Positions 36,278 to 45,194 are shown, counted from the stretch's first letter. The stretch is 64,000 nucleotides of DNA from Chloroflexota bacterium (GCA_037440625.1 JBBITT010000005.1:41492-105491); one strand, 5' to 3'. A program made the numbers and translations. The notes: generated from the sequence alone by a model not told the origin.

Positions 36278-36625
36278 CTAGGCTTTCGCCGCTTCCACCA
36301 ACTTGGCAAAGGTTTTCTCGTCGCGCACGGCAATGTCCGCTAACACCTTGCGGTCCAGTTCAATGCCGGCTTTTTTCAAGCCCGCGATCAACTTGCTGTA
36401 CGTGAGTCCCAGGGGACGCGCGGCGGCGTTGATCCGGGTGATCCACAAACGACGAAAATCGCCCTTGCGCTTTTTACGATGGACGGTCGCATAGTATTTG
36501 CTGTGGATCAAGGCTTCATTCGCACGGCGAAAGAGCAAGCGCCGCGACATGATTTGGCCCTTGGTTTGTTTCAAAACTTTTTTGTGACGCGCATGGGAAG
36601 CTACGCCACGTTTCACTCTAGGCAT
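36278..36625 (-). CDS. rplT: 50S ribosomal protein L20
   Basis: [23 protein letters not shown]... Confidence 0.95.
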   Translation of the reverse strand: MPRVKRGVASHARHKKVLKQTKGQIMSRRLLFRRANEALIHSKYYATVHRKKRKGDFRRLWITRINAAARPLGLTYSKLIAGLKKAGIELDRKVLADIAVRDEKTFAKLVEAAKA

Positions 36626-36640
36626 ATCGAATCTCCAACT

Positions 36641-36844
36641 TTAGTCGAGCGTTGGCGCGAGTTGCTTGATTTTCTTCGCGCGTTCCGCGTTCTGGTACTC
36701 GATCCGGCGATCGAACGAGCGCCTGTTGCGCTTGGATTTGCGGCGGCGCAGGTGCGACTTGCCGATATGGGTACGCATTAATTTACCGGTGGCGGTAACT
36801 TTGAACCGCTTGGCAGTGGCTTTGTGAGTTTTCAATTTAGGCAT
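36641..36844 (-). CDS. rpmI: 50S ribosomal protein L35
   Basis: [24 protein letters not shown]... GGAGA lies upstream of the ATG. Confidence 0.95.
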   Translation of the reverse strand: MPKLKTHKATAKRFKVTATGKLMRTHIGKSHLRRRKSKRNRRSFDRRIEYQNAERAKKIKQLAPTLD

Positions 36845-36926
36845 TCTATAATCTCCACTTGGATGGGGTCTGGCAGTTGAAACACGGGGCTAGGGTTTCG
36901 GTCTGCACCATCCATCAGAAATCTGC

Positions 36927-36953
36927 AATAAAGAGTCGGGGCTGAACCCCGAC
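36927..36953 (-). terminator. Terminator/attenuator-like hairpin between infC and rpmI
   Basis: On the minus strand, GTCGGGG-ttcag-CCCCGAC (36953-36935) is followed by TCTTTATT. Confidence 0.55.
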
Positions 36954-36959
36954 CCGTGT

Positions 36960-37565
36960 TCATCGTTGTGGTGATGGCGACAATTCTTCCGGTGGCGGGA
37001 CGACGACTTTGGTTCCACGGATCAATGCACTTGCCGCTTCCGGACCGCCTTTCATAGGACCGGGAGTAAGGAGCATCACCAAACTCTTGCCATCCATCTG
37101 CGGGGGCTGTTCGACCGTCGCCGCATCGGCAAGTTCCACGGCGACCTTTTCCAGAATATCGCGCCCAATGGTTGTGTGCGTAATCTCACGCGCACGAAAA
37201 ATGACCCGGACGCGAATCTTGTTGCCGGCTTTGAGAAATTCGCGGACACGCTTGAGTTTAAACCCGGTGTGATACCAGTTGGTCTTGGGGCGAATCCGCA
37301 ATTCCTTGACCTCGATGGACTTTTGTCCTTTTTTTGCCTCGCGCTCTTTTTTGGTCCGTTCGTACATAAACTTGCCGAAATCAATGATTCGGCAGACAGG
37401 CGGTTGAGCATTCGGCGCAACTTCGACGAGATCAAGGTTTCTTTCTTGCGCAAGGCGTAACGCTTCGGAAACAGTCATCACGCCGATTTGCTTGCCGGCT
37501 TCGTCAATTACGCGAACTTCTTTGGCACGAATCGCTTGGTTAATTCTTAGGTTTTTGTCGCTGAT
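36960..37565 (-). CDS. infC: Translation initiation factor IF-3 (probable non-AUG start)
   Basis: ...ISDKNLRINQAIRAKEVRVIDEAGKQIGV... plus the IF3 C-domain. The start is placed at AUC 37565, 8 nt after the GGGG of AAAGGGG. The track GTG at 37616 lies upstream of the predicted TSS. The start is uncertain, with alternatives CUA at 37568 and UUG at 37589. Confidence 0.85.
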   Translation of the reverse strand: MSDKNLRINQAIRAKEVRVIDEAGKQIGVMTVSEALRLAQERNLDLVEVAPNAQPPVCRIIDFGKFMYERTKKEREAKKGQKSIEVKELRIRPKTNWYHTGFKLKRVREFLKAGNKIRVRVIFRAREITHTTIGRDILEKVAVELADAATVEQPPQMDGKSLVMLLTPGPMKGGPEAASALIRGTKVVVPPPEELSPSPQR

Positions 37566-37606
37566 TAGTGTCGCCCCTTTTCTAGTCAAAAGATGTAAGT
37601 GGCGTG

Positions 37607-37635
37607 AATATATCACAGGATTTGCTGCGCGTCAA
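37607..37635 (-). promoter_or_regulatory. infC promoter TTGACG-17 nt-TATATT
   Basis: On the minus strand, the -35 element is at 37635-37630 and the -10 element at 37612-37607. Confidence 0.55.
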
Positions 37636-37811
37636 ATTGCCTCGCTCTTCTGTGTCTCTTAAACTAGATTTAAAGTTGCCTGTGTTTACATACGCCGCCA
37701 GGGCTGGGAATGCTTAACCGAGATTTAAGACAGAGTTAAATCGAACTTAACCATACCGAGCCAGCCAGGTGATATAGTAGCGCTAGAATTTAGACCCAAG
37801 GAGAAAAAACA

Positions 37812-38450
37812 ATGAGTGATTTACTTCAAGCCCTGATTGCCTTCTTCACCGCACTTTCCGTCGCGCTAGGCCAACCCCAGCCCGCCCTTCCTAATCCGGG
37901 GGCACAACCCACCGCTGTATCGTCTTCGTCAGCGACCACAACCTCGTCCGCGCCTGCCTCATCATCGTCGTCCGTGAGTTCTGCTACCTCATCGTCTTCG
38001 ACTACCTCGAGTTCATCGTCGTCCAAATCAACCGAATCCAAGTCAGAATTTCAAGTCCAAGGCCAAGTTCAAAGCGTCAATGGCAACACCATCATAATTG
38101 ATGGCAAGACCTATGTTCTGGGTCAGAATGTTGAAATCAAAGGAACACTGCAAGTTGGCGCCACGGTCAAACTAGAAGGTTCAATCGTGAATGGTCAGTT
38201 TGTTGTCCGCGAAATTCAAGTGACAAGCGCCAAAAGTTCTAGCGCGTCCAGTGGCACTAGTTCGAGCAAGAGCAGTGATGACGATCACAAGAGTAGCAGT
38301 AGCGCCTCCAGCGGATCGAGTTCCAAGAGCGAAGACGATCACAAGGATGATGACGAGCACAAGAGCGAAGACGATCACAAGGATGATGACGAGCACAAGA
38401 GTAGCAGTGAGCGTAGCAAGAGCAGTTCAAGTGGTTCGAGTAAAAAATAA
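37812..38450 (+). CDS. Secreted Ser-rich low-complexity protein with a central beta-domain (DUF5666-like) and an acidic/His-rich repeat tail
   Basis: Signal-like N-terminus, poly-Ser/Thr tracts, core QVQGQVQSVNGNTIIIDGKTYVLGQNVEIKG...GQFVVREIQV, and a tail of (S)EDDHKDDDEHK x2. AAGGAG lies upstream of the ATG. Confidence 0.6.
   Translation: MSDLLQALIAFFTALSVALGQPQPALPNPGAQPTAVSSSSATTTSSAPASSSSSVSSATSSSSTTSSSSSSKSTESKSEFQVQGQVQSVNGNTIIIDGKTYVLGQNVEIKGTLQVGATVKLEGSIVNGQFVVREIQVTSAKSSSASSGTSSSKSSDDDHKSSSSASSGSSSKSEDDHKDDDEHKSEDDHKDDDEHKSSSERSKSSSSGSSKK
38328..38399 (+). repeat. Perfect 36-bp tandem duplication inside the CDS
   Basis: AGCGAAGACGATCACAAGGATGATGACGAGCACAAG occurs twice (38328-38363 and 38364-38399), encoding SEDDHKDDDEHK twice. 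Confidence 0.95.
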
Positions 38451-38465
38451 AAATCTTCTCCTCAA

Positions 38466-38505
38466 CAAAATCGCGCCGACCTATGTGAGCCGGCGCGATT
38501 TTTTG
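38466..38505. terminator. Bidirectional intrinsic terminator
   Basis: AATCGCGCCG (38469-38478) pairs with CGGCGCGATT (38491-38500). A-rich upstream and T-rich downstream, between convergent genes. Confidence 0.8.
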
Positions 38506-38514
38506 TTCGTAGGA

Positions 38515-39747
38515 TTATAAACTGAGCGACGCGTACAACTCTTCGATCTTGTCTGCAACACGCGACCAGGCATACTCGCGTGCAACCTCAATGCCACGCG
38601 TTCCCAAGCGTCTCCGCAATTGCGGATCGCGCAACAGGCAACCAATCGTCGCCGCGAGGATGTACGGATCATTCTCCGGCACCAAATAGCCGGTCTCGCC
38701 ATCCCGCACCACAAACGATAGCCCGCCCACATCGGAGGCAACGACCGGTGTTCCACACGCCATCGCTTCGAGCGCCACCATCCCAAACGATTCGTACAGC
38801 GATGGCATAACCACAACGTCCGCCGTGGCATAATAGTACGGCAACGCTTCTTGCGAGCGGCGACCCAAAAAGGTTACCAGATCGCCAATGCCCAATTCTT
38901 CTTTCAATGCTTGCAAACGCGCGATCTCGGTATCGGGCGGCGCCTCTTCGTCCACATCGCCCCCCACAAGGCAAACACACAAATGTCCACGCAACGCCGG
39001 GTTTTCTTCCACCACCAATGCCATTGCGCGAAACCACACATCAATCCCTTTGATCGGATCAATCCGTCCCACGAACAGCACGGTGTGGTCTTTATCCGGT
39101 GGATAAAAATCAGTGGGGTTGGTTTGCGGAATCGGATGGAAAAGTTTTAGATCCACGCCGGGTGGAATAACTACGATCTTGTTGCTGGGCGCACCGTAGA
39201 GTTCGATCATTTGTTGACAATCGCGTGGCGTCGCGGCAACGATGCGATCCGCAAATTGCATTATCTCGCGTTCGATGGCAATGCGGCGTTCTGTTTCGCG
39301 GTCGTACCCGCGTCGCGCAACGCGATTCTTCATGATGCCGAGTGTATGAAACATTTGCACAATCGGCGCGGGATGAGATTTTTGCAACTCGCGCGCCACC
39401 CAGCCCGATAACCAATAGTGCGAATGATAGACATCGTAGTGCAAACCTTCATATTCGATAATTGAACGCACGCCGTCAACAAATTCCGGTAAATAATCGA
39501 ACAAGCGGTGTTTGTCGTACGGCTCTTCGGGGCCGGCAGGTACGTGAAAAACCCGCGCACCAATTTCCAAGCCGGGAACTTCGTGTGGTACACGCGGGTC
39601 TTGCGAACGTGTAAAAATATCCACACAATGACCGCGCGCCGCAAGTTCGCGTGCGAGTTCACGCACATAGACGTTCATCCCGCCGGTCTCTTTGCCGCCC
39701 AACGCAGCAAGCGGACAGGTATGAACGCTCAACATAGCAATATTCAT
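38515..39747 (-). CDS. Glycosyltransferase family 4 (MshA-like retaining GT-B)
   Basis: MNIAMLSVHTCPLAALGGKETGGMNVYVRELAREL... and the C-terminal PSLYESFGMVALEAMACGTPVV motif. Confidence 0.82.
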   Translation of the reverse strand: MNIAMLSVHTCPLAALGGKETGGMNVYVRELARELAARGHCVDIFTRSQDPRVPHEVPGLEIGARVFHVPAGPEEPYDKHRLFDYLPEFVDGVRSIIEYEGLHYDVYHSHYWLSGWVARELQKSHPAPIVQMFHTLGIMKNRVARRGYDRETERRIAIEREIMQFADRIVAATPRDCQQMIELYGAPSNKIVVIPPGVDLKLFHPIPQTNPTDFYPPDKDHTVLFVGRIDPIKGIDVWFRAMALVVEENPALRGHLCVCLVGGDVDEEAPPDTEIARLQALKEELGIGDLVTFLGRRSQEALPYYYATADVVVMPSLYESFGMVALEAMACGTPVVASDVGGLSFVVRDGETGYLVPENDPYILAATIGCLLRDPQLRRRLGTRGIEVAREYAWSRVADKIEELYASLSL

Positions 39748-39815
39748 AGACGATAATCTGTCCTTTGGGCTAGAGTTACAAACACAAGCAAATTATATCA
39801 CGGTTGAATCCATCC

Positions 39816-39850
39816 AACAAAAAAGGTGCGAGGAAATGTCTCGCACCTTT
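39816..39850. terminator. Bidirectional intrinsic terminator after the ALDH gene
   Basis: AAAGGTGCGAG (39822-39832) pairs with CTCGCACCTTT (39840-39850). On the minus strand it is followed by TTTTTGTT. Confidence 0.8.
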
Positions 39851-39924
39851 GGCTGTTTTCTAAAGGGCTGGGCTAAAACCCATTCCTTGTCGCATCTCCA
39901 TCCTATCAATATGCAACTAGGATA

Positions 39925-41568
39925 CTACTTGTATGCCACAACCCAGCGGCTCTGTTCGCGCATAAATTGCTGAACATAGTAGGGTCCCAACGCACTCTTG
40001 CCGGTGGTGCCGCTTCCTTTCCAGCCGCCAAACGAATTGACCCCGGGCCACGCGCCGGTCGTTGCACCCGCCCGGCGATTCGAGTACGTTACGCCGGCTT
40101 GGATGTGATCAAAGAAATAGTCCAACTCTTTTTGATCATGGCTGTAAATGCCGGCGCACAATCCATACAACGAGTTGTTGGCTTCGGTCATGGCTTCCTC
40201 AAACGAATCTACACCAGCGATGACGACAAAGGGCAAGAACAATTCTTCTTGGAACAAGCGATGCGTCTTGGGCAGTTCAACAATCGCCGGCGAAACGAAA
40301 TACCCATTTGCCAGATCGCCTTCGGTCAGGCGGGTTCCGCCAAAGTGAAAGACGCCACCACTCTTGCGTGCATCCTCCGCCGATTCTAGAAACAGATCGA
40401 GCGCGGCTTGGTTGATGACGGGACCCATAAAGGTTTCTTTTTTGGTTGGGTCGCCCACCTTGACGCGATGCTTGGTGTACTCGACCAAAAGTTGGATGAA
40501 TTTGTCTTTGACCTGATTGTCCACGTACACACGCGAGCACGCGCTACATTTTTGTCCGTCGAATCCAAAAGCCGCGCGCATCACACCTTCTGCCGCTTCA
40601 TCCAAATCGGCGGACGCACAAACGATCGCAGGGTTCTTGCCGCCCATTTCGGCAATGACCGGCTTGGGAAACTTGGTCGCAAAGTTTTTGTACAACCTCA
40701 TCCCAATCTCGTACGAGCCGGTAAAGATCATTGCATCCACACCGGGATTTTCTTGCAACTCGACACCAACACTCGACCCGGGTCCCACCATCAAATTGAA
40801 CACACCATCCGGCATACCTGCATCAGCAAAGGCACGATAGATTTCATACCCTGCCACTGGCGTTTCAGACGACGGCTTGAACACCACGGTATTGCCGGCA
40901 ACCAATGCGCCGGCACTCATCCCGGTTGCCAACGCGAACGGAAAGTTCCACGGCGCGATCACTGCCCACACGCCGTACGGTCGCAAGACACTCACCGTCG
41001 TTTGGCCGGGACCCGGCGATTCAAGCGGCAAGACAAATCCTTTGTGATATTCCATTCGCTCACAATAATAGCGAATGAGTTCGGCGGTCTCATTCACTTC
41101 GGCAAGTGCTTCGGCGCGATTCTTGCCAATCTCGAATGCCATCCACGCCGAGAGTTCAAAGCGCCGTGCGATGATTAGATCGGCGGCGCGACGCAAAATC
41201 TTGATCCGCTCCCGATAGTCCAGCGCACTCCACTTTTCAAACGCTTGCCGCGCGGCTTGAATGGCATCGCGTGTATCTTCGCGTGTACCTTTGGGGAAAT
41301 AACTGACGGCCCAGGTCGTGTTCACTGGGCTGTGATGCACGAATTCGCCGGCGGTTGAGGTGCGTGCTTGACCATTCACAAAGTTGGTAAAATGTTTGCC
41401 GAGTTCGTTGCGTACCTTCACGACGGCGGCATCGTACGCCTTGTCATCGTCAGGAGTTACCGCGAGTGTGGCGTAGGTAATGCGAGGAATTTTAGGGGCT
41501 GATTTTTTTGCAACGCGCTTGACCGGTTTCTTGGTCGCGGCGCGCTTGATTTTCTTTTTGACCGGCAT
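39925..41568 (-). CDS. Aldehyde dehydrogenase family protein (1-pyrroline-5-carboxylate dehydrogenase-like) with a Lys-rich N-terminal tail
   Basis: ALDH motifs FTGS..., EMGGKNP and the catalytic-Cys context GQKCSACSR. AGGAGG lies upstream of the ATG at 41568. The N-terminus is MPVKKKIKRAATKKPVKRVAKKSAPKIPR. Confidence 0.8.
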   Translation of the reverse strand: MPVKKKIKRAATKKPVKRVAKKSAPKIPRITYATLAVTPDDDKAYDAAVVKVRNELGKHFTNFVNGQARTSTAGEFVHHSPVNTTWAVSYFPKGTREDTRDAIQAARQAFEKWSALDYRERIKILRRAADLIIARRFELSAWMAFEIGKNRAEALAEVNETAELIRYYCERMEYHKGFVLPLESPGPGQTTVSVLRPYGVWAVIAPWNFPFALATGMSAGALVAGNTVVFKPSSETPVAGYEIYRAFADAGMPDGVFNLMVGPGSSVGVELQENPGVDAMIFTGSYEIGMRLYKNFATKFPKPVIAEMGGKNPAIVCASADLDEAAEGVMRAAFGFDGQKCSACSRVYVDNQVKDKFIQLLVEYTKHRVKVGDPTKKETFMGPVINQAALDLFLESAEDARKSGGVFHFGGTRLTEGDLANGYFVSPAIVELPKTHRLFQEELFLPFVVIAGVDSFEEAMTEANNSLYGLCAGIYSHDQKELDYFFDHIQAGVTYSNRRAGATTGAWPGVNSFGGWKGSGTTGKSALGPYYVQQFMREQSRWVVAYK

Positions 41569-41594
41569 TGGACTCCTCCTTGAGTTTGGAAATT

Positions 41595-41620
41595 GGGTGA
41601 TTAGGTGATTGGTGAATTGG
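41595..41620. repeat. Three tandem ~8-bp units of GGTGA(T/A)TT
   Basis: GGGTGATT AGGTGATT GGTGAATT in the divergent ALDH/ruvB region. On the minus strand the repeat falls in the predicted 5' UTR of the ALDH gene. Confidence 0.8.
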
Positions 41621-41711
41621 CTAGAGAAATTGTATCCGCATTCAACACGCGTGTCAAAAGAAGAGTTTCCCATCTCGCATCATTTTTGGTATAATGCGCG
41701 CAGAGGTGACC

Positions 41712-42731
41712 ATGCCCGATCGTATCGTATCGCCGAAACCAACCGAAGACGAAGGCAAGTTTGAACTCTCGCTCCGCCCCAAGCGACTGGATGAGTACAT
41801 CGGTCAGGACAAGGTCAAACAAAATTTGAAAATCTTGATCCAGGCAGCCCAAGCACGCGACGAAGCGATTGATCACGTCTTGCTCTATGGTCCGCCCGGC
41901 TTGGGCAAGACCACCCTCGCCAATATCATTGCGAATGAAATGCACGTTTCGATTCGGACGACTTCCGGTCCCGCCATCGAACGCCCCGGCGATCTGGCAG
42001 CGATTCTCACCAACTTGCATAAAGGCGATGTGTTGTTCATTGACGAGATTCACCGGCTGGCGCGCCCCGTCGAAGAAGTGTTATACCCGGCGATGGAAGA
42101 TTTCCAACTCGATATTGTCATTGGCAAAGGACCCAGCGCGCGTAGCATTCGCTTGAACCTGCCGCGCTTTACAATCATCGGTGCCACGACGCGCTTTGCC
42201 ATGATGTCCGCGCCGCTGCGGGACCGCTTTGGTGCCGTGTATCGGCTGGACTTTTACGACGACGCCGCGATGAAAACAATTGTGCAACGTTCCGCCGGCA
42301 TCCTGGGTGTTGCGATTGATCAAGATGGGGTTGCCGAAATTGCCAAACGCGCGCGCGGCACACCACGGGTCGCCAATCGTTTGCTCAAGCGTGTGCGCGA
42401 TTATGCCCAAGTCCGCGCCGATGGCGCGATCACCGCCGAGGTGGCAAGCCAAGCGCTTGCCATGCTCGAAGTTGACGCGAAAGGTTTAGATGATGTTGAT
42501 CGCAAAGTGTTGCGCGCAATCATCGAAAAATTTGGCGGCGGGCCGGTTGGATTGGAAACGATTGCTGCGTCCATCAGCGAAGAAGCCGATACGATTATGG
42601 ATGTGTACGAACCCTACTTGCTCCAACTCGGCTTTTTGGATCGCACCCCGCGTGGGCGCGTGGCGACCAAACGCGCGTACGAACATCTGGGTTTGAAATT
42701 TCCGGAATCGCCGCAGGAGCGGTTGCTGTGA
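41712..42731 (+). CDS. ruvB: Holliday junction DNA helicase RuvB
   Basis: [12 protein letters not shown], Walker [10 protein letters not shown], Walker [19 protein letters not shown] lies upstream. Confidence 0.93.
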   Translation: MPDRIVSPKPTEDEGKFELSLRPKRLDEYIGQDKVKQNLKILIQAAQARDEAIDHVLLYGPPGLGKTTLANIIANEMHVSIRTTSGPAIERPGDLAAILTNLHKGDVLFIDEIHRLARPVEEVLYPAMEDFQLDIVIGKGPSARSIRLNLPRFTIIGATTRFAMMSAPLRDRFGAVYRLDFYDDAAMKTIVQRSAGILGVAIDQDGVAEIAKRARGTPRVANRLLKRVRDYAQVRADGAITAEVASQALAMLEVDAKGLDDVDRKVLRAIIEKFGGGPVGLETIAASISEEADTIMDVYEPYLLQLGFLDRTPRGRVATKRAYEHLGLKFPESPQERLL

Positions 42732-43084
42732 ATGACCATGATCAAGTTCGTCAACACTATCTGCAAGACTCATTGCCAACTCGCTTGGTCCGTGTCGCCG
42801 CCAATATTCAGCGCATCGCTTGGCTGACCGAGAAGCCGGACTCGGCCGCTATCACTGAGTTGCTTCGAGAATGCTCACAGTCTATCGAATGGAGCGTCCC
42901 CGAACTTGCGTCTAATTGGATGAACGAGGCGGCATATCTGGTTGACGTTCAACGCGCCTTGGCGCATTGGGAACAGGTTTGGGATTCGGCCCAACACGAT
43001 CCGGCGCAACGAATGAAACTTGCCGAAGAGGCACGTGAATGGTCAGTGGAAATTTTGTATCTCTCTGGGCTCGTGGACGAATGA
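42728..43084 (+). CDS. Hypothetical helical protein, translationally coupled to ruvB
   Basis: A 118-aa ORF whose GTG overlaps the ruvB stop and whose own stop overlaps the next ATG (ATGA). No family recognised. Confidence 0.45.
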   Translation: MNDHDQVRQHYLQDSLPTRLVRVAANIQRIAWLTEKPDSAAITELLRECSQSIEWSVPELASNWMNEAAYLVDVQRALAHWEQVWDSAQHDPAQRMKLAEEAREWSVEILYLSGLVDE

Positions 43085-44634
43085 AATCCTCGCGATTAAC
43101 GACGATCTTTGGCTTACTGCTTGTTTTGTTTTTCCTCGCACACTCGCTTTTCTACTTTTGGGCGCTTGGCACTGATGCGGTGGACGACGCGTACATCTCC
43201 TTCCGCTATGCTCAAAATGCCATTCGTGGACACGGCTTGGTGTTCAATCCCGGCGAACGCGTCGAAGGGTTTACCAATTTTCTTTGGACAGTCAGCATGA
43301 TCCCGCTCGAAGGCGCAGGGATTGATGTGGGACGCACTAGTATGGTCATTGGCGCGTTAATCGCTTTGGGATTGCTGTGGCTTGTCATTCGATTTGCCAA
43401 ACACGTGGATGCGCCGCGCGGGGCGGGCTGGCTAGCGGCATTCTTACTCGCCGCAGACGGCTCGTTTGTGTTGTGGGCGATTAGCGGTTTGGAAACCGTC
43501 TTGTTCGCGTTTTTGATTTTCGCTGGCGCGTTGCTGTACGTGCGCGAACAAAGAGACACTGGACAATCGGGATTTCCATTCAGCGGCATCTTGTTTGCGC
43601 TCGCTGCAATGACGCGCCCCGAAGGTTTATTCGTCTTTGCGATTACGGTTGCACATCAAGCCGCGTGGCATCTGCTAACCGAACGTCGTTTGTTCACTAG
43701 GCAGGACATCCTGCGCGGCATCGCGTTCACAGCGATCTTTGCGCCGTACTGGCTGGGTCGCTGGTATTACTATAAATCGTTGCTGCCCAATTCGTTTCAC
43801 GCCAAGGTATCGGCATCGGGTCCTGCGGCGCAGATCGAGCGTGGGTGGAACCATCTTGGTCAATTTGTCAACGTACATTTGGGCTGGCTGATTACCCTGC
43901 CGCCGATTGTTGCGCTAATCGGTGCAACGTCCGGTTTCAAGTTCCAGGTTTCAAAAACCACGCCGTTCGTCTCCCGTCTCTTTTGGAGCACCTACTTTGC
44001 CGCCATCATCATCCCGTACGCCGCGTATATCGTTTACGTCGGCGGTGATTGGTCGGTGGGAAGATTCTTCGTTCCATTTCTGTCCACGTTCTATCTCTTG
44101 TTTTCCACAGGTCTTGTGGATATGTGGAAAAACCTTGTGGAAACACGCATGCGACCAAGTGGACAGATGGTGCAAAACATCGGTTTGATTGCCGGTGCTA
44201 TGTTGACAGGACTCGTTTTTCTGTGGTCATCCTGGGGAGGTGAGTACGGTATCTACATTCGAGGGTTTGACGCTGGGCGTGCCACAGAAGCGCGCATGAC
44301 GATGGGGAAATGGCTCAAGAATAATGTTCCGCGTGGAACTTGGATTGCGGTAGATGCAGCAGGGCAGGTACCCTACTTTTCTGAATTACCTGCGATTGAT
44401 ATGTTCGGCATCAACGACTTGCACATCGGTCGCCTGCCAGTAGCAACTTTAGGTCAAGGCACGCCGGGACACGAGAAATTCGATCTAGTTTACGTAATCC
44501 AACGCCAACCAGCGTATATTGTCATTTACGGTAATTTGCTTGACTCTGTCAAAGAGTACGAACGTGCACCGATCGAGTGGACCAACGATCCTGCGCTGAC
44601 CAAGTTCCTGACCTTGTATCGAAAGAGGGAATAA
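43081..44634 (+). CDS. GT-C fold membrane glycosyltransferase (ArnT/PMT/arabinofuranosyltransferase-like)
   Basis: About 12 predicted TM helices, a first-loop motif AVDDAYISFRYAQN, and a soluble C-terminal domain. Confidence 0.6.
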   Translation: MKSSRLTTIFGLLLVLFFLAHSLFYFWALGTDAVDDAYISFRYAQNAIRGHGLVFNPGERVEGFTNFLWTVSMIPLEGAGIDVGRTSMVIGALIALGLLWLVIRFAKHVDAPRGAGWLAAFLLAADGSFVLWAISGLETVLFAFLIFAGALLYVREQRDTGQSGFPFSGILFALAAMTRPEGLFVFAITVAHQAAWHLLTERRLFTRQDILRGIAFTAIFAPYWLGRWYYYKSLLPNSFHAKVSASGPAAQIERGWNHLGQFVNVHLGWLITLPPIVALIGATSGFKFQVSKTTPFVSRLFWSTYFAAIIIPYAAYIVYVGGDWSVGRFFVPFLSTFYLLFSTGLVDMWKNLVETRMRPSGQMVQNIGLIAGAMLTGLVFLWSSWGGEYGIYIRGFDAGRATEARMTMGKWLKNNVPRGTWIAVDAAGQVPYFSELPAIDMFGINDLHIGRLPVATLGQGTPGHEKFDLVYVIQRQPAYIVIYGNLLDSVKEYERAPIEWTNDPALTKFLTLYRKRE

Positions 44635-44637
44635 CTG

Positions 44638-44862
44638 ATGGACGAGATGGGCAAAATCCTGCTTGGGTTAGGTATTGTCCTTGTAGGAATTGGTGGGTTG
44701 CTGATTCTGGCAAGCCGGGTGTCTTGGCTTGGGCGGTTGCCCGGCGATATTGTCTTTCAGAGCGAAAATTTTTCTTGCATGTTTCCTTTGGCAAGTTCAA
44801 TCTTGCTCAGTCTGGTGTTGACGATCATTCTTAATTTGTTACTCCGTGTTTTGAATAAATAG
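44638..44862 (+). CDS. DUF2905-like small membrane protein
   Basis: 74 aa with 2-3 TM helices and the central motif LGRLPGDI. Confidence 0.6.
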   Translation: MDEMGKILLGLGIVLVGIGGLLILASRVSWLGRLPGDIVFQSENFSCMFPLASSILLSLVLTIILNLLLRVLNK

Positions 44863-45115
44863 ATCTAGTAGTCACCGTAGGACTTGTGGAAATGTGCAGA
44901 GTGTGAACAACTGTACCAAAGTACACGATTTGTTGGATTGGGACTTGGGATTACATCTAGATATAGGTATTTGATGATCAAGGTAATGTGAGCGACTTGT
45001 GTGGGTTTTAAAGTGACAAAATAGCTGTCAACTAAATTCGTTCAGCCCAACGACTAGTGGACACAAGCACTTCAAGCCACTATTTGTAGCACAAACCTTA
45101 AGCACAAATGTCAAG

Positions 45116-45194
45116 TTATCCCCATAATGACTAGGTTATCCCCAATTTAACCCTACTTATCCACACATCCACCAAGTTTTCCACCTGTGGATAA
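45116..45194. other. DnaA-box cluster downstream of dnaA (putative oriC part 1)
   Basis: TTATCCCCA (45116-45124), TTATCCCCA (45136-45144), perfect TTATCCACA (45157-45165), TTTTCCACC (45177-45185), and perfect TGTGGATAA (45186-45194). Weaker TGTGGAAA-like sites start from about 44884. Confidence 0.7.

Noticed and set aside
37566-37616. GTG at 37616 as the infC start (218-aa form)
   Set aside because: It overlaps the predicted -10 box, so it lies upstream of the likely TSS. The extra 17 residues (MIYSRHLHLLTRKGATL) are not IF3-like.
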